DNA of 23,017 nt from Nanobdellota archaeon. Its GTDB lineage: Archaea; Nanobdellota; Nanobdellia; Woesearchaeales; JAHWHD01. Position numbers and translations under genes: made by a program. The notes under the pieces were generated by a model. It saw nothing but the letters and a program-made list of their open reading frames with translations, was not told the DNA's origin and ran no database searches. Within the stretch, counting starts at the first letter, position 1. The number at the start of each line of letters is the position of its first letter. Positions 15,450 to 23,017 of the stretch are shown piece after piece. The stretch is taken from positions 1 through 23,017 of the forward strand of contig JAYENX010000001.1 in assembly GCA_034722435.1 (NCBI GenBank). The letters run 5' to 3'.

Positions 15450-17297
15450 TTACTTTTTCTTTTTCACAGAAATATTCAATAACCTGTTTGATTTTTTAAC
15501 AACCTTTTTAATAGATTTTTTAACAGGTTTTTTCTTAATTTTAGCACTCACTACATTTTTCTTTAATTTTCCTTTATTTGCTTTAATTCTATACGCAAAT
15601 TTATGAAAATACCGTTTCTCAGCTAACTTCTGCGTTATATACACTAAAGCAAAAAAAGCACCAATAAACACAAGCATAAAATAAAAATCATTAGCTAAAA
15701 CTTTGAACGAAGCTCCAAACATCAAAGATCTTTTAAGAGCCGTTTCAGCTATGACAAACGGATTAAACCTCGCTATATTAAGCACATATGCAGGCATACT
15801 CTCAACAGGTATTATAATGTCAGATAACAATAACATTATACTTGAAATTGAAACAGATGCAAGTGTTGAAGTTTCTTCAGACTTAAATAAATGACCTATT
15901 AACATACCTAAAAATACGAACATTGTTGCAATAACAAACAATAATGTAAGTGTAACCCATATATTTGTTAATATTTGACTTTGAAAAAATATAGCAGATA
16001 TTGCTAATATTACTATAACTTGCACTAACACAGTAATCAAAGCTGTTATATAAGTTCCTAAGAAAAATGTTATATACCTAACAGGAGTTATCAAATTCCT
16101 GAAATAAGCAGGACTATGCTTCTCCATCATCACCAAAGTTGATGATAACAAAATTCCAATGAACATTATAACCAAAATTATTAAACCAGGAAAAATATAA
16201 TTAAGATGCGTTTTCTCAGGTGTTATAGGATTAATTTTAGTATTTATCGGACTAACAATAGTTGAAGCTTTAGTTACCTCGATACCACTTATACTCGCAT
16301 CAATTTTCTGTAACGCATTTTTAACATTATCAATTTCAGTTTTAGATTTACCCAAAAGCGAATTTATAGTTGATACATCCGACCCTACATCAGTTTTTGC
16401 ACTCTCAGCATCATGCAACCTAGATTGAACACTTTTCAATCCTAAATCAAGAGTAGAAACTAAATTATTTATTGAAGACCAACTAACATTATTATCAGTA
16501 GTATTTCCAATAGTATTTGCTGATAACTCAACAATCTCAAGATAAGTGTAGATACTACTACTATTTGAAATATTTAAATCATCAAGTTCTTCTCTAATAT
16601 CTTCAGCTTTATTTTTTATTAATTTTGCAGTATTACTTATTTGCGAATTACTTGAAGATTGTTCTTGAACTGAAGATTTTAATGACGTTACACCTAAAGA
16701 ATCCAAATCAAGTGAAAGATCCATACCTTGCACTTTTGAAAGTACTGATGCAGTTTTTGTCACCAACTCATTATTATTCCCCTGTAAACTATCAACTATA
16801 GGATTATTATTATGTATCTCAATTCTTGTCTCATCAAGCTTTTGTAATAAAACCTCTGTTAAACCCTGACTAATTTGTTCAGATTTGGATGCAACCTGTG
16901 ATTTCAAAGTATCAATTATCATCCATACAAGATTTATTTTAGAATAATCAACATTTAAAAGAATTTCATTCTGAATATCATCACTAATCTTCATATCTGG
17001 CGGGAAAGTTATACAGGTATGAATCGTGCCTTGTTTAATTTTCGTAAGACAATTTTGTTCAGTTTCAAATTTTTGTACATTAAAATCTTTATTCGTCAAA
17101 GCATCAACAAAAGAATTTGTTAAATCATTATACGATTCAGAATAAACTCCTAAATTCAAAGAATAAGTATTTGCATTATCAAATGCTACGCCTACTAAAA
17201 ATATTACTAATAAAGGTCCAAGGATTACAATTAAAGAAGAACTTTTCGCTCTTAACAATAATTTAAAGTTCTTTTTTATTAAAGTTCCTAATGCCAT
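15450..17297 (-). CDS. ABC-2 type exporter permease with large extracellular insertion and Lys-rich tail
   Basis: N-terminal TM (IVILGPLLVIF), about 320-aa soluble region, then YIFPGLIILVIMF, MEKHS and 5-6 TMs. ATG 17297 follows a GAGGTGA SD; GTG 17303 is the alternative start. Confidence 0.85.
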   Translation of the reverse strand: MALGTLIKKNFKLLLRAKSSSLIVILGPLLVIFLVGVAFDNANTYSLNLGVYSESYNDLTNSFVDALTNKDFNVQKFETEQNCLTKIKQGTIHTCITFPPDMKISDDIQNEILLNVDYSKINLVWMIIDTLKSQVASKSEQISQGLTEVLLQKLDETRIEIHNNNPIVDSLQGNNNELVTKTASVLSKVQGMDLSLDLDSLGVTSLKSSVQEQSSSNSQISNTAKLIKNKAEDIREELDDLNISNSSSIYTYLEIVELSANTIGNTTDNNVSWSSINNLVSTLDLGLKSVQSRLHDAESAKTDVGSDVSTINSLLGKSKTEIDNVKNALQKIDASISGIEVTKASTIVSPINTKINPITPEKTHLNYIFPGLIILVIMFIGILLSSTLVMMEKHSPAYFRNLITPVRYITFFLGTYITALITVLVQVIVILAISAIFFQSQILTNIWVTLTLLFVIATMFVFLGMLIGHLFKSEETSTLASVSISSIMLLLSDIIIPVESMPAYVLNIARFNPFVIAETALKRSLMFGASFKVLANDFYFMLVFIGAFFALVYITQKLAEKRYFHKFAYRIKANKGKLKKNVVSAKIKKKPVKKSIKKVVKKSNRLLNISVKKKK

Positions 17298-17299
17298 CT

Positions 17300-18295
17300 T
17301 CACCTCTTTTTAAAATGTCTTCCCATCGCAAGGCTTTCAAATACCTCTCGTAAGGAAGGTTTATTTACTTCAGCCGAAACTAAATGATCCTTTGAACGCT
17401 TAATAGTATTAAGTATCCATTGAAGAGTGTCAGTACCCTTTTGCGCATAAATAACTAAACTTCTACCCTCTTGTTTAATTTTACTTACTTTGAGCGACTT
17501 CACAGACTTCAACTTTTGAATTAAAAATGCATAATTAGCTGAAGTAGTTTCTAACCTAATTTCATTATCAGTAGTATAAATATCTTTTAATTTAAGAGGA
17601 GAACCCACACTCAAAACTTTACCATTATGCAAAACACCTATACGATTACATAAATTTTCAATCTCCTCTACAAAATGTGAAGCAATAATAACAGTTGTAC
17701 CTTGTTTATTGATTTTCCTTATCAATTGCCAAGTTTGATCCCTCAATATAGGATCTAAATCAGCTGTTGGCTCGTCAAGTATTAAAATATCAGGTTTATG
17801 TACTAAAGCACAAGCAATACCTAACCGTTTTTTCATACCTCCTGAAAGATCCATTGCAAGAGTCTCTTTTGCACTTGTCAAACCAGTAAGATCTAAAAGA
17901 TGTTTTATATTTGATTTTTTGATTTCTTTAGTTAAACCATACATACTTGCAAAATAATCTAAATTTTCTTTCGCAGTTAATTGATTATAAAATGAAGGAA
18001 GTTGCGGAGCAAAACCAAATATTTTTCTTAACTGTATTATATGACTTGAAACAGACATCATATTTTTAGGAGATTCTCTCTCAATCACAAGATTAGATTG
18101 AAACATCACATCTCCTTCTTCAGGTTGCAAAAATCCCACAATTGTGTTAAGAAGAGTAGTTTTTCCAGAACCAGACATCCCAATGAGTCCAAATATTTCT
18201 CCACGTTTGATATCTAAATTAACATCATCAAGAACTATACTCTTTTTAAAAACCTTTTTTACATCCTTTACTCGAATAATAATAGGACTAACCAT
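17300..18295 (-). CDS. ABC transporter ATP-binding subunit
   Basis: GMSGSGKT, FAPQ, LSGGMKKR, ILILDEPT, SH switch. Start at ATG 18295 fits TATA spacing; 18301 is the alternative. Confidence 0.95.
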   Translation of the reverse strand: MVSPIIIRVKDVKKVFKKSIVLDDVNLDIKRGEIFGLIGMSGSGKTTLLNTIVGFLQPEEGDVMFQSNLVIERESPKNMMSVSSHIIQLRKIFGFAPQLPSFYNQLTAKENLDYFASMYGLTKEIKKSNIKHLLDLTGLTSAKETLAMDLSGGMKKRLGIACALVHKPDILILDEPTADLDPILRDQTWQLIRKINKQGTTVIIASHFVEEIENLCNRIGVLHNGKVLSVGSPLKLKDIYTTDNEIRLETTSANYAFLIQKLKSVKSLKVSKIKQEGRSLVIYAQKGTDTLQWILNTIKRSKDHLVSAEVNKPSLREVFESLAMGRHFKKR

Positions 18296-18318
18296 GTGCA
18301 TAATTAAAACAAAAATGG

Positions 18319-18378
18319 TTTATAAACCTTTCTGTAAGATAGTATGAAAAGAAAAAAGAACACGAAATAAATATAAAT
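18319..18378. promoter_or_regulatory. Divergent promoters for the ABC operon and yjbQ
   Basis: Minus GAAAGG-TTTATAAA (18326-18319, 24-31 nt from ATG 18295); plus ATATAAAT (18371-18378, 25-32 nt from ATG 18403). Confidence 0.65.
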
Positions 18379-18402
18379 ACAACAAATATTTTCATATTCA
18401 AT

Positions 18403-18795
18403 ATGATAAAAACATTCCAAATTCGAACCGAAGAAAAAGAATCATTAATCGACATAACAAAAAAAATAAAAGAAATTACTAAAAGAATTAAAAATGGAAC
18501 CTGTACAATTTTCATTCCACACACCACCGCAGGAATTACTATAAATGAAAATGCTGATCCAGATGTAAAACTAGACATCATTCACGGACTTAACTCTTTT
18601 AATTTAAAAAATCTCAAATTCAAACATTTAGAAGGTAATTCTCCGGCACACATCAAAAGCTCTTTAATAGGGGCATCCTTAAACATAATAATTCAAGATA
18701 ATCAACTTATTTTAGGAACTTGGCAAGGAATACTATTTTGCGAATTCGACGGACCCAGGACCAGAACAATTATTGTAAAGATCTTAGAAGATTAA
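18403..18795 (+). CDS. yjbQ: YjbQ/UPF0047 family protein
   Basis: HTTAGITINENADPDV, EGNSPAHIKSSL, LGTWQGILFCEFDGPR. Confidence 0.93.
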   Translation: MIKTFQIRTEEKESLIDITKKIKEITKRIKNGTCTIFIPHTTAGITINENADPDVKLDIIHGLNSFNLKNLKFKHLEGNSPAHIKSSLIGASLNIIIQDNQLILGTWQGILFCEFDGPRTRTIIVKILED

Positions 18796-19792
18796 CAAAT
18801 AAATCATAGGCCATATCAGTTTTCAAAGCCTCAGGACTAAAATGAGTATTAGAAACCTTAAAACCTTGTTTTAGAATATTTTCAGCAATCTTATCCTTTC
18901 TAGGTATCTGCAATTTTTCCCGCTTACAAATCTGATGAATATCAAAAAAGAAAGGTACTTCAATCAAAGATTCTTGTTTTAACAATTGCACAAAATTATT
19001 ACCTGATTCAATCTCCGCCATCAACTTCGCATCAAACAAACCTCCCAACCACATGGGACCTGCCTCTTGAAAATTCCCATGCATTTTTATCAAATCATCA
19101 ACCTTTTTCTTCCCTTTAACACACCTAAAAAAGATTCTAAAATAATGAAGATTCCAATAAGAAAGTACAGGCACCAAAGCTTTTTCGTATTGTGCGCCTA
19201 TTAATTGCACTTTTCTAATTAAAATACGCAACCCAATCTCATGCTTAAGCTCATTTCGTAAAGGTTTAGCCCAATACTTTCTAAGACAAGTCTTAGGATA
19301 AGTCCCACAAAGAGGCGCAGTATCCGTCGCTGTTACTGCCAATACACCTCCTCTAGACATCCTTTTTACTGCAATGTCAAGAAATGGATTAGGGCTACCA
19401 AACGGATCAATATCAATATAATTAAAACCTGAACTTTCCAAAAGAAATCTATTAGCATCTTTATTCGCAATTATAATCTTATCAAAATCTTTTAGTTTAT
19501 TTAATTCCAAATTAGATTTAATATTCTCAATCGCATCTAAACTCGAATCATTAAAAATGAGCTCAGTTATTTTATCATCATCTAATTCCAATAAAAAACG
19601 CACACCTCTAACACCAGACCCCGCAAGAGGAAGTGCCATTCTTAATTTCTTATCATGTAAAGTATTTAAAACAAGAACAGAAATATCCCTATTTAATTTC
19701 ATGTTAGGATTATAAAAAACAGACAACTTCTTTGAAATCTTCCCAGAATATATTTTTATTCTCGCTTTCCCTTCCTCAATTATTTTTGTCAT
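18770..19792 (-). CDS. trm1: tRNA (guanine26-N2)-dimethyltransferase
   Basis: VFYNP, NRDIS, GSGVRGVRF, IDIDPFGSP, TATDTAPLCG, HEIGLRIL, GPMWLG, THFS. Confidence 0.93.
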   Translation of the reverse strand: MTKIIEEGKARIKIYSGKISKKLSVFYNPNMKLNRDISVLVLNTLHDKKLRMALPLAGSGVRGVRFLLELDDDKITELIFNDSSLDAIENIKSNLELNKLKDFDKIIIANKDANRFLLESSGFNYIDIDPFGSPNPFLDIAVKRMSRGGVLAVTATDTAPLCGTYPKTCLRKYWAKPLRNELKHEIGLRILIRKVQLIGAQYEKALVPVLSYWNLHYFRIFFRCVKGKKKVDDLIKMHGNFQEAGPMWLGGLFDAKLMAEIESGNNFVQLLKQESLIEVPFFFDIHQICKREKLQIPRKDKIAENILKQGFKVSNTHFSPEALKTDMAYDLFVNLLRSLQ

Positions 19793-19815
19793 AATATACT
19801 AAAAAGACAAAGATA

Positions 19816-19850
19816 TTTATAAAGCTTAATCTCCCAAAACCTTTTTATAT
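19816..19850. promoter_or_regulatory. Back-to-back promoters for trm1 and aIF5B
   Basis: TTTATAAA 19823-19816 (24-31 nt from ATG 19792); CAAAACC-TTTTTATA 19842-19849 (23-30 nt from ATG 19872). Confidence 0.7.
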
Positions 19851-19871
19851 TACACCTTTTTCTGTTTAACC

Positions 19872-21638
19872 ATGTCAAAATTAAGGAGTCCCATATGTAC
19901 AGTTGTAGGTCATGTAGATCATGGTAAAAGCAGCATTCTTGACAATATAAGAGGTAGCGCTATAATCTCAGCAGAAGCAGGAGCTATAACGCAAGCCATA
20001 GGTGCTTCAATTGTACCTATGAACATTGTTAAGAAAATATGCGGGGATTTACTAAAATCCATGAACATGGACTTTTCAATACCAGGAATTCTTTTTATTG
20101 ACACTCCGGGACACGCAGCTTTTACTAATCTAAGAAAACGTGGAGGTAACCTTGCAGATATAGCAGTATTAGTTGTAGACATAAACGAAGGTTTCAAACC
20201 GCAAACAATTGAAGCCATAGAAATCCTAAAATCATATAAAACTCCATTTGTTGTCGCCGCCAATAAAATAGATCGTACATCAGGATGGCAAAATAAAGAA
20301 GGTCGCGTATTACAAACCATCAATACACAATCTGCAAGTGTAATCACAAGCATAGAAACCAAACTTTATGAACTTGTTGGAAAAATCCACGAACGAGGTT
20401 TTGAATCTGAAAGATTTGACAGAATTGAAAGTTATACTAAACAGATTGCAATTGTCCCATGCTCAGCTAAAACTGGTGCAGGAATTCCTGAACTTTTAAT
20501 GGTCATTACAGGCCTTGCACAAAAATATCTTGAAAAATGTTTAAAATGTAATATCCAAGGTCCTGCAGAAGGAATCATTCTCGAAGTAAAAGAAGATAAA
20601 GGTCTGGGAAAAACAATGGACGTAATCCTATTTGATGGAACCCTGAAAATAAACGACACCATAGTTATTGGTGGATTAAATGGTGCAATAACTGGTAAAG
20701 TGCGTGCACTCTTCGAACCATCGCCATTAGCTGAAATGAGAGACAAGAAAGCTAAATTCAAATCAGTTAAAGAAGCTATTGCAGCTACAGGAGTAAAAAT
20801 ATCTGCACCAGGAACTGAAGAAGCAATGGCAGGTATGCCTATAAAATCTGCAGAATCTAAGGACATTGAAAAAATTAAAGAAGAAATTCAACAAGAAATT
20901 GACGAAGTCACAATTGAAACTGACGACATGGGAATAATAATTAAAGCTGACACTTTAGGATCACTTGAAGCACTCATAACATTATTAAAAGAAAAAAATA
21001 TTCCTATAAGAAAAGCAACCATAGGTTCTATTAGTAAAAAAGATATAAGAGATGCTGAAGCAAACTATGAAAAAGAACCCCTTCTTTCAGTAATATTAGG
21101 TTTTAACATTTTACCCGATACAAATCTAACCATCCCCGAAAATGTCAAAATTATAACAAACGATGTAATCTATAGACTTATTGAAGACTATGAAAAATGG
21201 AAAGAACAAGAAACTAAAAAACAACAAACTAAAGAACTAGATAAACTAACACTCCCTTGCAAATTCAAAATCATGGAAGGTTACATATTCAGACAAAGTA
21301 GCCCTGCTGTTGTGGGTGTTGACATTTTAAGTGGGAAAATAAAGACAGGAACACCCATAATGAACAGAGACGGTAAAGAAATAACATCTTTAAAAAGTAT
21401 TCAACAAGATAAAGATTCACTAAGCGAAATTAAAGCAGGTAAACAAGTCGCATTTTCCATGGACAACGTCACAGTGGGCAGACAAATTAACGAAAACGAC
21501 ATTCTTTACGCAGCCATACCTGAAGAAGACTTCAAAACATTAAAAGAGCTTAAAAAACTTCTTAACAACGAACAAATAGAAATTCTTAAAGAAATTGCAG
21601 AAATTAAAAGAAAAAACAATCCTGTTTGGGGAGTTTAA
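19872..21638 (+). CDS. infB: Translation initiation factor aIF5B/IF-2, intein-free
   Basis: LRSPICTVVGHVDHGKS, EAGAITQAIGA, IDTPGHAAFTNLRKRGG, NKID, KADTLGSLEAL, FRQSSPAVVGV; archaeal length of 588 aa. Confidence 0.97.
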   Translation: MSKLRSPICTVVGHVDHGKSSILDNIRGSAIISAEAGAITQAIGASIVPMNIVKKICGDLLKSMNMDFSIPGILFIDTPGHAAFTNLRKRGGNLADIAVLVVDINEGFKPQTIEAIEILKSYKTPFVVAANKIDRTSGWQNKEGRVLQTINTQSASVITSIETKLYELVGKIHERGFESERFDRIESYTKQIAIVPCSAKTGAGIPELLMVITGLAQKYLEKCLKCNIQGPAEGIILEVKEDKGLGKTMDVILFDGTLKINDTIVIGGLNGAITGKVRALFEPSPLAEMRDKKAKFKSVKEAIAATGVKISAPGTEEAMAGMPIKSAESKDIEKIKEEIQQEIDEVTIETDDMGIIIKADTLGSLEALITLLKEKNIPIRKATIGSISKKDIRDAEANYEKEPLLSVILGFNILPDTNLTIPENVKIITNDVIYRLIEDYEKWKEQETKKQQTKELDKLTLPCKFKIMEGYIFRQSSPAVVGVDILSGKIKTGTPIMNRDGKEITSLKSIQQDKDSLSEIKAGKQVAFSMDNVTVGRQINENDILYAAIPEEDFKTLKELKKLLNNEQIEILKEIAEIKRKNNPVWGV

Positions 21639-22579
21639 ACTATATAATATATTAAAAATATAAAAATTAAATAAAATATAAGATACATAACACCCTCAAT
21701 TCTCGAAAGTTTCTTTTTTATAGCTGCAAAAGAAATCAATAATGTCGCAATCATCATCAAGGGTAAACCCATTAATATAGTACTACGAGAAACTTTTAAT
21801 GCAGTAAATAATCCAGGAACACCTATAACTACGAACGAATTAAAAACATTCGAACCAATTATATTTCCTATAGACATATCAAAGTTTTTCTTTATTGCAG
21901 CCATCACACTAACCATAAGTTCAGGCAAAGAAGTTCCAAGGGCAACTATAGTAATTGCAATTATCGAAGTATCCGAAAATCCTAGAAAAATGGTTAAAGC
22001 ATTCACTGCATCAACTGAAAATTTAGCCCCTAAATAAATTCCAACTATAGAAACAAATAAAACTAAAATCCACTTATACTCGAAATGTTCCTTTATCTTT
22101 TTCTTATCAAGATGACTTTTTGCAATATTAATAATATAAGCAGTATAAAGTATTAAACAGAACACAGCTTCCATAAAACTAAACACTCCATCCCAAAGAA
22201 GAAAAGTTATCAACAATGCAGAACCAACTATGAGTGGAATGTCAACTCGCAAGATTTCATCTTTAACTTTAAGTCCCTTAGTTAACAAAGCAGCCACACC
22301 ACCCACTAAAAGAATATTAGTTATATTCGAACCTACCGCATTCGCCACAACAAATTCTGTTGCTCTACTGAACACAGCCACAATTGAAGTGGCAAGTTCT
22401 GGAATTGAAGTACCAATACTAACAATTGTAATTCCAACAATAAATTGAGGTATACCTAAGATATGACCAATTTTCTCACTAATCCCAGTAAAATGATCTG
22501 CACTCTTAATAAGAACAGCGAGTCCAATAATCAAAACAATTACAGAAGATAAAATTGAAAAATACAAAAAATCCAACAT
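21635..22579 (-). CDS. Ca2+/Na+ antiporter (YrbG/CaCA family)
   Basis: Two alpha repeats: GTSIPEL...GSNITN and GTSLPEL...GSNVFN. Confidence 0.93.
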   Translation of the reverse strand: MLDFLYFSILSSVIVLIIGLAVLIKSADHFTGISEKIGHILGIPQFIVGITIVSIGTSIPELATSIVAVFSRATEFVVANAVGSNITNILLVGGVAALLTKGLKVKDEILRVDIPLIVGSALLITFLLWDGVFSFMEAVFCLILYTAYIINIAKSHLDKKKIKEHFEYKWILVLFVSIVGIYLGAKFSVDAVNALTIFLGFSDTSIIAITIVALGTSLPELMVSVMAAIKKNFDMSIGNIIGSNVFNSFVVIGVPGLFTALKVSRSTILMGLPLMMIATLLISFAAIKKKLSRIEGVMYLIFYLIFIFLIYYIV

Positions 22580-22602
22580 AATAATTCAAATATACACTAT
22601 GT

Positions 22603-22630
22603 ATAAATAAGTTTCCGTAATCTTTTTAAT
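22603..22630. promoter_or_regulatory. Back-to-back promoters for the antiporter and the Nip7-like gene
   Basis: Minus GGAAAC-TTATTTAT (22610-22603) and plus TTTTTAAT (22623-22630), each 24-31 nt from its ATG. Confidence 0.6.
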
Positions 22631-22653
22631 AAGAAAGAAATTTAAACAAAATA

Positions 22654-23017
22654 ATGAAAATCAAAAACCTAAAAGTACTTAACAAGAAACAAACAAAAGT
22701 CATACTTGGCCAAATAAAAGAACAATGGGATGCCGATATAAATTTAGATAGTTATGCGGTTTTAACAAATGAAAAAGAAAAAGTCTATATTGTAAAAAGA
22801 GACGTTTTCGATATTGAAATTGAAAAATTAAGAATTAATTCTCTAGGCATATATTTTTGTGAACTAAAAAAAGGTATTAGACTCAGCATTGAAGGCTCTC
22901 AATTAGTTGGACCGAAAGCCCAAAAAAATATTGCAAAAATCAATAATGAACAAGCACAAAAATGGATTCGAGGTGAAGACATTAAAATTAAACAAGAATT
23001 TAAAGGATTTGTAATCA
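22654..23017 (+). CDS. Nip7/RsmF-C-terminal PUA-like RNA-binding protein, 3'-truncated by the window edge
   Basis: Not in the ORF track. Translated by hand: MKIKNLKVLNKKQTKVILGQIKEQW...LGIYFCELKKGIRLSIEGSQLVGPKAQKN...AQKWIRGEDI...; open to the end of the window. Confidence 0.7.
   Translation, partial: MKIKNLKVLNKKQTKVILGQIKEQWDADINLDSYAVLTNEKEKVYIVKRDVFDIEIEKLRINSLGIYFCELKKGIRLSIEGSQLVGPKAQKNIAKINNEQAQKWIRGEDIKIKQEFKGFVI

Noticed and set aside
13009-17297. HerA/FtsK ATPase plus Pip/EsaA-like permease as a type VII-like secretion system
   Set aside because: They are on opposite strands and separated by AK6; the permease has its own ABC ATPase; the ATPase has a single motor and no TM; there is no WXG100-like gene.
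18317-18328. 12-bp palindrome GGTTTATAAACC as a regulator site
   Set aside because: It is explained by the self-complementary TATA box plus the GAAAGG BRE also seen at 12965-12970.
19872-21638. Intein in aIF5B, a known insertion host
   Set aside because: The protein is normal length, the G-domain motifs are contiguous, and there are no splicing or LAGLIDADG motifs.
337-22448. Short antisense or alternate-frame ORFs in the track (337-669, 747-1100, 808-1023, 1180-1404, 3722-4084, 4733-4954, 5963-6193, 9468-9695, 9875-10126, 12990-13235, 13458-14840 set, 15703-15894, 18144-18581, 19919-20866, 22230-22448)
   Set aside because: All overlap well-supported genes, lack motifs and have shadow-ORF composition.
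1-23017. CRISPR array, transposase, alternative genetic code or programmed frameshift
   Set aside because: There are no spaced repeats or mobile-element motifs, and all genes read intact in the standard code with coupled stops and starts.

Overview
AT-rich, very compact archaeal DNA. It encodes aIF5B, Trm1, an AglH/GPT-type GlcNAc-1-P transferase, a Fap7/AK6 kinase and a stand-alone 5S rRNA, and shows TATA/BRE promoters. A DPANN lineage, most plausibly Woesearchaeota-like, is inferred from gene content, compactness and a short Pta. Bases 1-10.3 kb are a surface-glycan locus: a DegT-like aminotransferase 3' end, phosphotransacetylase and FemAB-like GNAT face a minus-strand run of deacetylase, DUF2304, GT2, UDP-HexNAc dehydrogenase, 4-epimerase, GPT, nucleotidyltransferase and UDP-glucose dehydrogenase. 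Divergent from that run is a ribbon-helix-helix protein fused to an apparently degenerate nucleotidyltransferase domain, with a 10-bp-period direct repeat between the two promoters; this is the best candidate for an undescribed system. Bases 10.3-23 kb are mostly translation and ribosome-biogenesis genes (a short 5S rRNA, NOP2/RsmB, N-terminal-half NFACT/Rqc2, AK6, Trm1, aIF5B, Nip7/PUA-like), plus a HerA-like ATPase with an unusual C-terminus, an ABC exporter, YjbQ and a Ca/Na antiporter. The first 232 nt are a perfect 77-bp fold-back inversion, probably an amplification or assembly artefact. I found no CRISPR array, tRNA, transposase or intein. All family calls come from motif recognition by eye; no database searches were run.
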